A stretch of 34,298 nucleotides of DNA from a virus (lineage: Duplodnaviria > Caudoviricetes), in IMG/VR virus record IMGVR_UViG_3300020042_004973, positions 1-34,298 of that record; one strand, written 5' to 3'. Made by a program: the position numbers and the translations under genes. Below the pieces are notes generated by a model. The model was not told where the DNA came from and searched no databases. It saw nothing but the letters and a program-made list of their open reading frames with translations. The first letter of the stretch is position 1. Each line of letters opens with the position of its first letter. Of the stretch, positions 1 through 9,804 are shown in pieces.

Positions 1-121
1 ATAATTCTAGTACTGTTATTGGCTGGGGTCAGATTGGTTATAACTTGTACAAAACAGACGCTTCAATGTATGGAAAATACGTTGGAATCACAGTAACATC
101 ATCAAATCCCGGCTACGTTTA
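1..121. repeat. Terminal direct repeat, copy 1 (circular assembly overlap)
   Basis: Identical to 34178-34298. An ORF reads through the join in frame. Confidence 0.95.
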
Positions 122-164
122 TAACGGATTTGAATTTGAACATGAATTGAGAGTGAGGTTCTAA
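1..164 (+). CDS. 3' end of the tail nozzle/DNA-stabilisation gene that starts at 32347
   Basis: Reads ...YGKYVGITVTSSNPGYVYNGFEFEHELRVRF* with TAA at 162-164. In frame with ATG 32347 after circularisation (1995 nt, 664 aa). Confidence 0.85.
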   Translation, partial: NSSTVIGWGQIGYNLYKTDASMYGKYVGITVTSSNPGYVYNGFEFEHELRVRF

Positions 165-635
165 ATGGCTGTCCCAAATATTTTTGCTACGGCAACAACG
201 GCTATCCCGCTATCCCAATTGGATAGTAACTTTGCGACAGCCATTACACTCGGTAACACGGCTGTTTATCTTGGCAACACAACAACATCGTTGGGAAACC
301 TAACGCTTGTTAACACAACCGTTACCAATTACACCGAAACTCTGTTTAGCGTAACTGGAAATACGACTGTTGCGTTGACAAACGGTACTCTGCAAAAGAT
401 CACAACGTCTGGTTCTACAACAGTGACGCTGCCAGCGAGTGTTGCGGGTAAGAGTTTTACACTCATCATTGCTTATGCTGCTGCTGATGCGTTGACATTT
501 GCGGGTGGTGGGACGCTGAAGTTTGCGGGAGGTACTACTCCAACGCCTACAAGTGCTACAGGAAAATTTGATATTTTCAGTTTTTTCCAAGACGGTACAA
601 ACACTTACGGCGTAACTAACGGACAGAATTACTAA
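165..635 (+). CDS. Small tail fibre/virion structural protein
   Basis: Thr-rich beta protein. C-terminal LKFAGGTTPTPT...DIFSFF motif is typical of small phage tail-fibre domains. Lies in the tail module. Confidence 0.65.
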   Translation: MAVPNIFATATTAIPLSQLDSNFATAITLGNTAVYLGNTTTSLGNLTLVNTTVTNYTETLFSVTGNTTVALTNGTLQKITTSGSTTVTLPASVAGKSFTLIIAYAAADALTFAGGGTLKFAGGTTPTPTSATGKFDIFSFFQDGTNTYGVTNGQNY

Positions 636-636
636 T

Positions 637-3036
637 ATGCTAAGTGCATCTAAATCCGGTAGTGGATTAGCCACAGGCTACAACCTCACACGCTCGCTGC
701 GGTTTCGTAGCTCGGCTTCGGCTTATTTAAGCCGGACATATAGCAATTTACAAACAAACAATAAAATTCAAACTTTTTCTTGTTGGGTAAAGCGTGGAAA
801 ACTTGGCGTTCAGCAAGAAATTTACTCAAGATATGACGGTTCATCAACGGCTGCCTATATTGCTTTGTTTACTTCGAGCGACACACTTTCGGTTAATTTT
901 GGCGGGGCGGCAACTTATACAACAACTACAACACAAGTTTTTCGTGATGCGTCTGCTTGGTATCACATTGTTTTTTCTATTGATACTACTCAAGCAACTG
1001 CTGCAAATAGATTTATTATTTATGTTAATGGTGTGCAAGTAACGGCTCTTAGTGCGGCAAATTACCCAACACAAAACTCAGTAGCTCAATTTGGCGTATC
1101 TAGCTTAAATACAATTGGTACAATTTTTAACGCAAGCCAAGATTTTATTGATGCTTGCCTAGCCGAAGTTAACTTTATTGATGGACAGCAGCTAACCCCA
1201 TCATCTTTTGGCTCAACCAACTCGCTCACAGGCGTATGGCAACCCGCACGATACACAGGCAGCTATGGTACAAACGGTTTCTATTTACCGTTTACAGACA
1301 ATTCTGCGCTGACTACAGCATCAAACGTAGGATTGGGTAAAGACTTCTCAGGCAATGGTAATTTCTGGACTACCAATAACATCAGCATCACGGCTGGTGT
1401 AACGTATGACAGCATGACTGATGTGCCTACGCTGACTTCTGCTACGGCGGCTAACTTTCCTACTTTTAATCCATTACAACCGCATGATGGTGGGTACACA
1501 ACGTCCGTAACCAACGGAAACATGGCTGTATCAATTACATATAGTAGTGGCGCAAACATGGTGACTGTGCCATCAACTATTAAAACCTCACCAAGCGGAA
1601 AATGGTATTGGGAAGTTTTTATAACAAGTTCATTGGCTGGTGGAGTTACGGGTGTTGGTGTAATAACACCAGATTCTTATGTGGAAAGCACGGCTCCACC
1701 AACAAACAATTATTTGTACGTTCAAAACGGAAATAAATATACTAACGGTACGGGTACTGCATACGGCGCAACATTTACAAGCGGTGATTACATTGGCGTT
1801 GCTTTAGATGTTGGCGCAGGAACAATTACGTTTTACAAAAATAACGTAAGCCAAGGCGTTGCATTTACGGGTTTGGCTGCAACAAGTTATTACGCTGTTG
1901 TCACAAGCAATGCAACAGGTACTCGGTCTTACGCTATTAACTTTGGTCAACAGCCTTTTCAATACACCGCCCCCTCTGGTTTTGTAGCCCTGAACACATA
2001 CAACTTGCCGACAAGCACCATCGTCAAGGGCAACACGGTGATGGATGCTACGTTGTATACGGGTACGGGTGCATCGTTGTCTGTGACTAATGCGGCATCG
2101 TTTAAGCCTGACTTGGTGTGGGTTAAATCACGTTCTGCTGCAACCGACCATGCGTGGTATGACTCGGTGCGTGGCACAACAAAACAGCTTGAAAGCAATA
2201 ACACAGGCGCAGAAACAACAGAAGCAACAGGCTTAACCGCCTTTGGTAGCGCAGGATTTACTGTCGGTGCGTTAGCGCAAATGAACACAAGCGCAGCAAC
2301 CTATGTCGGCTGGCAATGGCAAGCAGGGCAAGGCTCATCATCATCCAACACCAACGGCACAATCACATCGACTGTGAGCGTTAATGCTAGTGCTGGGTTT
2401 AGTGTGGTGACGTACACGGGCACGGGCGCTAATGCGACTGTTGGGCATGGTTTGGGTGTTGCGCCTAGTATGGTAATTGCTAGAAACCGTCCGTCATCAG
2501 CAGATGCGTGGTGCATATACCACGTTGGTTTAACTAGCGCAGCGTTTTTCATTAAATTAAACGCAACTGACGCTCAAGCAAGCGGCGCAAGCGTTTGGAA
2601 CAGCACGGCTCCAACATCGTCTGTGTTTTCAGTAGGTTCGTCTACAGGTTCAAACGGAAGTACAAACGCAATGGTTGCCTACTGCTGGACACCCATAGCC
2701 GGATTCAGCGCATTTGGTAGCTGGACAGGTAACGCAAGTACGGATGGACCATTCGTGTACACGGGCTTTAGACCAAAATTTTTGTTAGTTAAAAATTCAA
2801 ACACAGGAAATGGTTGGGCAATTCTTGATTCTGCGCGTAATACATATAATGTTGCAGGAACAATACTAGTTCCCAACGCATCAGATGCAGAGGCAACGTA
2901 CTCACAATGGTATTTTGATTTTTTATCAAACGGATTTAAAGTCAGGGGAAGTTCTGCTGAAACCAATGGTTCGGGGAATACCATAATTTACGCAGCATGG
3001 GCAGAAAACCCATTTCGCAATAGCTTGGCTCGTTAA
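637..3036 (+). CDS. Tail fibre/receptor-binding protein with LamG (ConA-like lectin) and SPRY domains
   Basis: LamG-like TFSCWVKRG...WYHIV...IYVNG. SPRY-like GKWYWEV...GVALD...FYKN...NFGQ. Repeated YTGTG/PDLVWVK modules at the C-terminus. Confidence 0.8.
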   Translation: MLSASKSGSGLATGYNLTRSLRFRSSASAYLSRTYSNLQTNNKIQTFSCWVKRGKLGVQQEIYSRYDGSSTAAYIALFTSSDTLSVNFGGAATYTTTTTQVFRDASAWYHIVFSIDTTQATAANRFIIYVNGVQVTALSAANYPTQNSVAQFGVSSLNTIGTIFNASQDFIDACLAEVNFIDGQQLTPSSFGSTNSLTGVWQPARYTGSYGTNGFYLPFTDNSALTTASNVGLGKDFSGNGNFWTTNNISITAGVTYDSMTDVPTLTSATAANFPTFNPLQPHDGGYTTSVTNGNMAVSITYSSGANMVTVPSTIKTSPSGKWYWEVFITSSLAGGVTGVGVITPDSYVESTAPPTNNYLYVQNGNKYTNGTGTAYGATFTSGDYIGVALDVGAGTITFYKNNVSQGVAFTGLAATSYYAVVTSNATGTRSYAINFGQQPFQYTAPSGFVALNTYNLPTSTIVKGNTVMDATLYTGTGASLSVTNAASFKPDLVWVKSRSAATDHAWYDSVRGTTKQLESNNTGAETTEATGLTAFGSAGFTVGALAQMNTSAATYVGWQWQAGQGSSSSNTNGTITSTVSVNASAGFSVVTYTGTGANATVGHGLGVAPSMVIARNRPSSADAWCIYHVGLTSAAFFIKLNATDAQASGASVWNSTAPTSSVFSVGSSTGSNGSTNAMVAYCWTPIAGFSAFGSWTGNASTDGPFVYTGFRPKFLLVKNSNTGNGWAILDSARNTYNVAGTILVPNASDAEATYSQWYFDFLSNGFKVRGSSAETNGSGNTIIYAAWAENPFRNSLAR

Positions 3037-3045
3037 GGAAAACAA

Positions 3046-3567
3046 ATGTTCGCCATTATCCAAAATAATCTCATCGCCCTCCTAGTACCCGCTGGCACAG
3101 CCTTTGAGTGGGATTCAATCCAATATCCGGCAAATTGGTGCAACCTGTCTAGCCCCGAAGAAAAGGCGGCTATCGGCATGGTTGATGTGGTGTACGGTCA
3201 ATACCCTAACGACCAATACTACTGGATCAGCCAAGACGCACCTGTCTACACCGGCACGGTGGTCGAGATCAACTACACCGCTACGCCCAAAGACCTAGCC
3301 CAATGCCAGACTAACGCTGTCAACGCAACCAACGCTGCTGCCTATTCAATCCTCTTGCCTACCGACTGGATGGTGGTCAAAGCTGTTGAGACAGGCGGTA
3401 CAGTAGACCCCGCATGGAACACTTGGCGGCAAGAGATTCGTGACCAAGCGGGTACTCAAGTTGCGGCAATCAATGCTTGTACAACCGTTGCTCAACTTGC
3501 TGCGCTTCCTTCTGTTCAGTGGGCGCATGACCCTAACTACGTTGCACCAACGGGAGCCACAGCATGA
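3046..3567 (+). CDS. Tail fibre assembly chaperone-like protein
   Basis: Follows the fibre gene. C-terminal LLPTDWMVVK...WNTWRQEIRD...LPSVQW resembles phage tail assembly chaperones. RBS AAGGA. Confidence 0.65.
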   Translation: MFAIIQNNLIALLVPAGTAFEWDSIQYPANWCNLSSPEEKAAIGMVDVVYGQYPNDQYYWISQDAPVYTGTVVEINYTATPKDLAQCQTNAVNATNAAAYSILLPTDWMVVKAVETGGTVDPAWNTWRQEIRDQAGTQVAAINACTTVAQLAALPSVQWAHDPNYVAPTGATA

Positions 3568-3893
3568 GTACAAATGCTTTCACACAGTTTGGCAACACAG
3601 TCACGTTCTTGGCTGCTACGACTGCTCCTACGCCCGTACAATCCACGGCAAGCACACTTGGTGGCAATCAGTACCGCATCATCAATAGCGGCAACGTAGT
3701 GGTGTTTCTAGGCTATGGCACAACAGCAGCGTTGGCTACGGCTAATGCAACGATTGTGACTAGTTCACAGATTGCATTGCCATTGCTGCCCGGCACAGAT
3801 GAGATTCTTACGTTTGTCCCTAACGCATACTTTACAGGTGTGACAGCAACGGGCAACGCATCAATCTACATCACAAATGGGGACGGAATGTAA
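3564..3893 (+). CDS. Small beta-sandwich virion protein (paralog of 12475-12819)
   Basis: ATGA overlap with the upstream gene. Beta-rich composition. Confidence 0.6.
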   Translation: MSTNAFTQFGNTVTFLAATTAPTPVQSTASTLGGNQYRIINSGNVVVFLGYGTTAALATANATIVTSSQIALPLLPGTDEILTFVPNAYFTGVTATGNASIYITNGDGM

Positions 3894-4918
3894 TGCTCAA
3901 GACAGTAGCAATCACAAGCGGTGGTGGCGGTGGCAACGGCACAGTAACCAATGTGGCTACTGGCACGGGCTTGACCGGTGGTCCTATTACGACTACAGGA
4001 ACAATTGCGCTTGCCAACACTGCTGTTACGGCAGGGACTTACGGTAACGCATCAACTGTTGCACAAGTCACAATCAATGCTCAAGGACAGGCTACAAACG
4101 TAGTTAACGTAGCCATCAACATTGCCAATAGTGCGGTGACAGGCTTGGGTACAATGTCTACGCAAGATGCTAATAACGTAGCCATTACGGGCGGTGCAAT
4201 TAGCAACACCAGCATCACAGTCGCAGACAACGTATTCACGCTGCAAGACGATGGCGATACGACTAAACAAGCCAGATTTAATTTGGCTAGTATTTCAACT
4301 GCAACACTTCGCACTTACATCGTACCAAACCTTGACACAACACTTGCCGGACTTGCCGTTAGTCAAACATTTAGCAACACCAACGTATTTTCAAGCGGCA
4401 CAAACACATTTGGGTCAGCTACTGGTACGGGAACAAATGGATTTAGTTCAGGCGCAACTACCACAGGCAACACTAAAACTGTAAACATCGGCACAGGAGG
4501 TCTAAGCGGCTCGACCACAAACATTGCTATTGGCTCAAGCGTATCAGGTGCAACAAGCACAACTGCGCTTAATGGAATCACAACAGCAGCCGGTATTCGA
4601 CAAGCATTAGCAACCAAAAATGCCGCATACACGCTGACAACACTTGATTACACCGTGCTTGGTAATGCGACTACCGCATCGTTCTCTCTTACCTTACCCA
4701 CCTCTGTTGGCGCAACAGGACAAGTCTACATCATCAAGAAAGTAGACAGCACAGCCAACACCGTGACTATTACGACCACTTCATCACAGACAATTGATGG
4801 GACAGCAAATAAAGTTTTAAGTAGTCAGTATGACGGGTTTCAATTACAGTCGGATGGTGCAAACTGGATGATTATTGGAAACATTTTTGGTCGCAACGGC
4901 ACAACAGGAACATTCTAA
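3893..4918 (+). CDS. Second tail fibre/spike protein
   Basis: Gly/Thr/Ala-rich (GTGLTGGPITTTGTI; GLGTMSTQDANNVAITGG). C-terminal LTLP...GQVYIIKK...TIDG...SDGANW fibre domain. Confidence 0.7.
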   Translation: MLKTVAITSGGGGGNGTVTNVATGTGLTGGPITTTGTIALANTAVTAGTYGNASTVAQVTINAQGQATNVVNVAINIANSAVTGLGTMSTQDANNVAITGGAISNTSITVADNVFTLQDDGDTTKQARFNLASISTATLRTYIVPNLDTTLAGLAVSQTFSNTNVFSSGTNTFGSATGTGTNGFSSGATTTGNTKTVNIGTGGLSGSTTNIAIGSSVSGATSTTALNGITTAAGIRQALATKNAAYTLTTLDYTVLGNATTASFSLTLPTSVGATGQVYIIKKVDSTANTVTITTTSSQTIDGTANKVLSSQYDGFQLQSDGANWMIIGNIFGRNGTTGTF

Positions 4919-4919
4919 G

Positions 4920-5153
4920 ATGGATTGGCAGCAGATTATTAACCTTGCGTTTGGTGTCGCTTTACCTGTAGCGGGTTGGTTCTTTCGCCAATTGTGGGAC
5001 GCTGTGCAAAATCTTAAAGATGACATTAAAAAGATTGAGATTGATCTGCCGACCAGTTACGTTAAGAAAACCGACATGGAATCTCAGTACAACAAGATTG
5101 AAGCCATGTTAGAAAAGATATTTGATAAGTTAGACACCAAGGTTGATAAGTAA
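4920..5153 (+). CDS. Small membrane-anchored coiled-coil protein (possible lysis accessory)
   Basis: Likely start MDWQQIINLAF at 4920. N-terminal hydrophobic helix followed by a charged coiled coil. Confidence 0.6.
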   Translation: MDWQQIINLAFGVALPVAGWFFRQLWDAVQNLKDDIKKIEIDLPTSYVKKTDMESQYNKIEAMLEKIFDKLDTKVDK

Positions 5154-5497
5154 TGAATTTTGCAACCCTTTCTATTGTTAAGTTTGGCGATGTGGATTCA
5201 TTGGGCGAATTCTTGTTTGAAAACGGGGTTCAGCACCAATTATTTCGTGAAACCTTCATGGATGCGGGTGTTAGGGTTCCTGCGTACCCAATTACTGACG
5301 TAAACATTGATAATTTGGACGATTGGTTGCTGCCACATCAAGACGAACATCAGTCTTTTGCGTCTCTTTTAGGACTAAATAATCCATTTAATATGCTTGA
5401 TGTTGACTTTAATAAAGAAGATGATTTCTATGATTGGGTAGCATCACACCTATTTATTCATCAACAAATTGCTGCTGCGCTTAATTTATCGAGTTGA
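5153..5497 (+). CDS. Hypothetical protein with spaced His motifs
   Basis: Translationally coupled ORF containing HQ, HQDEH and HLFIH motifs. Confidence 0.65.
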   Translation: MNFATLSIVKFGDVDSLGEFLFENGVQHQLFRETFMDAGVRVPAYPITDVNIDNLDDWLLPHQDEHQSFASLLGLNNPFNMLDVDFNKEDDFYDWVASHLFIHQQIAAALNLSS

Positions 5498-5499
5498 AA

Positions 5500-5997
5500 A
5501 TGGAAAATCCTTCCCCCGCCACCAAAAAAAACGGTTTATCTGGAAATAATGCAGATATATTGGGTGTGCTTGCTCAAGATAAAGAAGGAAAATCCAGCAA
5601 TCAATTATCTACTCCTGAAATAATTAGGCAAGATGCACAAAGAAATGGATTTAATCCACAACAAATCCTTGAAACAATTGCTAAATTAAAAATAAGTAAT
5701 CAAAATATTCAGACAGCAAAGATTGGTAATACTGTATTTTTGCTTATGCGTACTCCTCCATCAACGGTTGAAGTGCATACCTTTACAGTAGATAACCCTA
5801 AAACAATGGTGTCTCACTTTAAACTTTTAGCTAAATTTCTTAAAAACGCAGGAATCAAACAAGGCTTTACTTATTCTGACCAGCCAATCTTTAAACAATT
5901 GGTTGAACGCTCTGGGATGCCCGTTAAAATTACTCAGACCACACAACAAATAGGCAACGAAATGAAACCTGTTTATATGTACACAATGGACTTATGA
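5500..5997 (+). CDS. Hypothetical protein, possibly GNAT-fold, preceding the ejection genes
   Basis: The ORF is intact. The fold guess rests on position and the EVHTF...F..L pattern only. Confidence 0.5.
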   Translation: MENPSPATKKNGLSGNNADILGVLAQDKEGKSSNQLSTPEIIRQDAQRNGFNPQQILETIAKLKISNQNIQTAKIGNTVFLLMRTPPSTVEVHTFTVDNPKTMVSHFKLLAKFLKNAGIKQGFTYSDQPIFKQLVERSGMPVKITQTTQQIGNEMKPVYMYTMDL

Positions 5998-5998
5998 C

Positions 5999-7009
5999 AT
6001 GGGCGGCTCTGCACGCACTTATGTAATGATTGGAGTTGCTGTTGTGGCGGCTGTAGCTGCGCCTTACCTTGCGCCATTTATTGCTGAAGGTTTGGGCACA
6101 GCATTGATAGGTGCAGAGGCTTTTGCAGTAGGTATTGAAGGAGCCATTACATCAATACAAGTAGCAAATGCTGTCGCTCCTGCTCTTGCTGGTGCGGCAA
6201 CGGGAGCTGCTGCGGGTGGTGTTAATGCAGAATTAAGTGGTCGTGACCCGTGGGAAGGTGCTTTTCAAGGTGCTGCTGCGGGTGGTGTTGGCGGTGCGGT
6301 TAGTGGTGCTGTTGGTGCTGCCCTTCCTGCCGGTACAAATCCATCGGTTGCCGCCGGTGTGAGAGGTGCTGCGTCAGGATTTACATCTGCTCAATTAAGA
6401 GGGCAAGATTTAGAAGAATCACTTACAGCGGGTGCGATTTCAGGTGGTACGGCAGGATTAACATCTGCATTGTTGCCAAGAGGATTTTTAAGTGACGGTC
6501 AAACAGCAGAAGATTATGTTACAGATGAAGAAGGAATGTTTGTCTACGACAATAAGGGTAATCCTGTATTAACAGAAGATGCTCAAACTGCTGCCAAACT
6601 TTCTGATATTGCGGAAAAGACTGCAAGAGGATTTGGCGGTGCGTACATTCGTCAAAACTTATCTAGTCTATTTGACCCACAAACAGGTGCAGACCAAGGT
6701 TCTACTACAACTTCAACAGCTAGGACTCCTCCAACTAGCGGCACAACACCGGGCAGAACAGCAGCCGGTGGCACAACACCATCTGTAAGATATACGCCTA
6801 GTGGACAAACTTATGAAACTGGTGGCGTTTATGCGTCCAGTTCTCCAACAGAAACTACAGCAAGCCCCGGCTCACAAGCATTGGCTCAAGCATTGCGTGT
6901 AGGAGACCCCGGTTCAGCAATCGAAAGTCCTGCGGGTTCTGGAGAACAACAGACCGTATGGAATACAGCGTCTCTGAGGTTCAAAGACGAAACAGGGAGT
7001 GATGTATGA
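5999..7009 (+). CDS. Internal virion/DNA ejection protein
   Basis: Hydrophobic Gly/Ala-rich N-terminal helices and a low-complexity C-terminus. First of four large coupled ORFs. Confidence 0.6.
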   Translation: MGGSARTYVMIGVAVVAAVAAPYLAPFIAEGLGTALIGAEAFAVGIEGAITSIQVANAVAPALAGAATGAAAGGVNAELSGRDPWEGAFQGAAAGGVGGAVSGAVGAALPAGTNPSVAAGVRGAASGFTSAQLRGQDLEESLTAGAISGGTAGLTSALLPRGFLSDGQTAEDYVTDEEGMFVYDNKGNPVLTEDAQTAAKLSDIAEKTARGFGGAYIRQNLSSLFDPQTGADQGSTTTSTARTPPTSGTTPGRTAAGGTTPSVRYTPSGQTYETGGVYASSSPTETTASPGSQALAQALRVGDPGSAIESPAGSGEQQTVWNTASLRFKDETGSDV

Positions 7010-8214
7010 GCAAGACTTTAGGTAAATCGCTAGGCACAGATATGGTTGCTCTAGCAGAGATGATACGTTCTAAAGGGCGTGGCAGAGATACGGTGCTTGC
7101 TCACATTACGCCTAAAGAAGCTGCGTTGCTTAAACGCCGTGGCGGTTCAGGAACAATTAACCCCGATACCGGGTTGCCTGAGTTTGAAGACGAAGATTTT
7201 ATGGGCGGTTTTGGCAACATTGATACTGGAGAAATTTACACGCCAGAACAAGTTGCTGAAGAATATCCGCAATATTATCCCGGTGGCGAATTGCCGCAAG
7301 AAGGTGAAGCAACTATATTTTATCCAAACGAACAGCCGGAATATATTCCTGAAGCAGGGAATTATGACTATTACACTCCGGCTCAACCGGCTCCTCCGCA
7401 ATATACTGAACAACAATTTAGACAAGCGGCTGCGGGTCAAATGCCTGCTGGAACTGGTAATTATCAAGCTCCAGAAAAATCATTTCTTGAAAAGTCTGGT
7501 GACGCATTATCAAAATTGTTAACGCCTGAAACTCTTGCTAGGTTAGGCATCCTTGGTGGTATTGGTGCGTTTGGTGCGAAAAAAGGTCAGCAATCAGCGC
7601 AACAAGGTGCTGCCGCTGCCGCAGAAGTTAAAGCATTAGCTCCTCCAGTGTTAGCTCGTAGTGAAATTGCTCAAACGCAATTGCGTGACCTTGGCGCAAA
7701 CATTCTTGCTCAAACCAGAATAAACGCCGCTGAATTGTCAGCGTTAGGTGCACCACAACGTGAGTTAGGAAAACAGTTAATGTCTCAAGCATTGTCAGGA
7801 ACATTGACTCCTGCCGGGCAGCGGTCATTGGCGGCATTAAAAGCACAAGCAAGACAAAACATTAGCAAGCGTGGTGGTGTAGGCGCAATGCAAGCTGGTG
7901 TTGCTGAATCTGAAGCCACAGCAAATCTGTTGCAACAACAATACTCAACAGGTATGGGCACTTATGGTCAAGGCGCACAATATGAATCGGCTGCTATTGG
8001 TATGAACCAGCAAGCACTTCAAGCTGCCAACGGTATGCAAGTTGCTGCAATTAACACAGGTTTACAACAAGCTGGAATTGCCGACCAATACACAATGGCT
8101 GCAATTAACCTTGCGTTGGCTAACGACAAAGCAACAGCAACATCATTGCAAAACTTGTTTGGTCAATTAGCGTCTGTTGGGTTTGGCGTTAAACCTACTG
8201 CACCGGCTGCTTAA
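7006..8214 (+). CDS. Internal virion/DNA ejection protein
   Basis: N-terminal GRGRDTVLAHITPKEAALLKRRGGSGTINPDTGLPEF motif, acidic linker, Ala/Gln-rich helical C-terminus. Confidence 0.6.
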   Translation: MSKTLGKSLGTDMVALAEMIRSKGRGRDTVLAHITPKEAALLKRRGGSGTINPDTGLPEFEDEDFMGGFGNIDTGEIYTPEQVAEEYPQYYPGGELPQEGEATIFYPNEQPEYIPEAGNYDYYTPAQPAPPQYTEQQFRQAAAGQMPAGTGNYQAPEKSFLEKSGDALSKLLTPETLARLGILGGIGAFGAKKGQQSAQQGAAAAAEVKALAPPVLARSEIAQTQLRDLGANILAQTRINAAELSALGAPQRELGKQLMSQALSGTLTPAGQRSLAALKAQARQNISKRGGVGAMQAGVAESEATANLLQQQYSTGMGTYGQGAQYESAAIGMNQQALQAANGMQVAAINTGLQQAGIADQYTMAAINLALANDKATATSLQNLFGQLASVGFGVKPTAPAA

Positions 8215-8223
8215 GGATAAATC

Positions 8224-9804
8224 ATGGCTGAAATACAAGCACCTACTGTTGATAAACCTACCGTTGATACACGGGCGTTAGATGACGCACTTAATACGCA
8301 AATGTCTGGATTACCTGCTGAAGTCCGTGCTGCGTCTAAGACTCGCCAATTAGCAGCTAAAGCACAATCAGATGTTGACCAAGCATTAACAGCAAAACAG
8401 CGTGAAATATATGACCCAATTGAATCTCGCTATAGAGAACAAGTTGTTTCGGGTCAAAAACAAGTTGGTGATATTGGCAAACAATTAGCTACACCATTTG
8501 AAGTGCCAAAAGAAACTGTTGCTGATTTTTCTGCGCTTGGTGGTCTTGTTGCGATTGCTGGTGCAATGCTTGGTTCATCTGGCAAACAATCTGCAAACAA
8601 TGTTCTTGCGTCAATGACAGGGATTGTGTCTGGTTACAAAAAGGGTCGTGCTGACATGATTCAGCAAGCCTTTAAAGAGTTTGAAACCAACATGAAGCGT
8701 CTGCAAGCATTGTCAACTAATGCACAAACGCAACTTGAGTTAGCAAGTAAGTTATCGGCTACTGATAAAGAAAGAGCTAAATTAGTATTTGATGAAATTA
8801 AAGCCAAATACAACGGTTCAATTGTTGCGGCTAAAGTTGCGGGTGAAGATGCGTTTACGGCTTTGACCGCTGCAAATACTATTAAGCAAACAAACATTGC
8901 TGCGGCAGGCAATGCTCAACGTATTAAAGAATGGAACGATGGAGCCGAAACAAGACGCTTGCAACAAGAAAAAATTGAACAAGAAATTGCAATTGGTAAA
9001 GGTGAAGTTTATGAACAAGGCGGTAAATTGGTTTATTTTGACCGTGTTACACAAACTGTAAAACCAATTGAAGGTTCTGAAGGCGCAAGAAAACCCGGAG
9101 CAAAAGGACAAATAGGCATTATTGGACCATCTGCGTTTTTACAATCAACAATTGGCAAAACAACTGGCGATGTAAAAATTGATGGAAAAATTGCTGACAC
9201 AGCAAAAGCTATTGTTGCGACTAATGATTTGCTTGAAAGATTAAAAGACCCAGAAATTAAAACTGGTTGGCTATTAACGCTTAATCGTTTTCAAGAACAA
9301 TTAAAAACTCTTAAGAGTGACAAGCGTGAATTGACCGATGCAGAAGTGCAAAGCATTGTTAATGGTTCTGTTAGCGCAACAACTAAAAACGCTACTTTCT
9401 TAAAAGACCAATTGTTTTTGCAATATCAAATTGAGAAAGAAGCTGCTGGCGGTCGATTGACTGTTGAGATGATGCGTCAAGGTGCTAAAGTTCTTGACCC
9501 TACTAATGTGACTAAAGATACTTACATTGGAATTATTGGTGGTCGTAGAAATGATTTGTATAGAAATTTACAAACTCAAAACTTAACACAAGCCGATATT
9601 GATAAACTTATTTCAACAATTGCTCAAGGTCCTCGTGCGGGAGGAGCGTCTGGTGCGCCTCCAGCGTCAAGTGCTGCTCCATCAACAACAAGTTCTGGCA
9701 ATGAGCAAGAAAAAGCAATTGCTGCTTTTGGTGCGTATGAACCAGACAAATATGAATACGGCACAAATCCAACTACGGGCAAATTTGCACGGAGAATCAA
9801 GTAA
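8224..9804 (+). CDS. Internal virion/DNA ejection protein
   Basis: 526-aa helical protein with one hydrophobic segment. Podovirus gene order. Confidence 0.6.
   Translation: MAEIQAPTVDKPTVDTRALDDALNTQMSGLPAEVRAASKTRQLAAKAQSDVDQALTAKQREIYDPIESRYREQVVSGQKQVGDIGKQLATPFEVPKETVADFSALGGLVAIAGAMLGSSGKQSANNVLASMTGIVSGYKKGRADMIQQAFKEFETNMKRLQALSTNAQTQLELASKLSATDKERAKLVFDEIKAKYNGSIVAAKVAGEDAFTALTAANTIKQTNIAAAGNAQRIKEWNDGAETRRLQQEKIEQEIAIGKGEVYEQGGKLVYFDRVTQTVKPIEGSEGARKPGAKGQIGIIGPSAFLQSTIGKTTGDVKIDGKIADTAKAIVATNDLLERLKDPEIKTGWLLTLNRFQEQLKTLKSDKRELTDAEVQSIVNGSVSATTKNATFLKDQLFLQYQIEKEAAGGRLTVEMMRQGAKVLDPTNVTKDTYIGIIGGRRNDLYRNLQTQNLTQADIDKLISTIAQGPRAGGASGAPPASSAAPSTTSSGNEQEKAIAAFGAYEPDKYEYGTNPTTGKFARRIK

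Noticed and set aside
1-121. 121-bp terminal repeat as a biological direct terminal repeat
   Set aside because: It falls mid-gene and has a k-mer-like length. It is best explained as the assembler overlap of a circular contig.
637-4918. Diversity-generating retroelement or invertible fibre cassette
   Set aside because: No reverse transcriptase, TR/VR repeat pair or invertase was seen.
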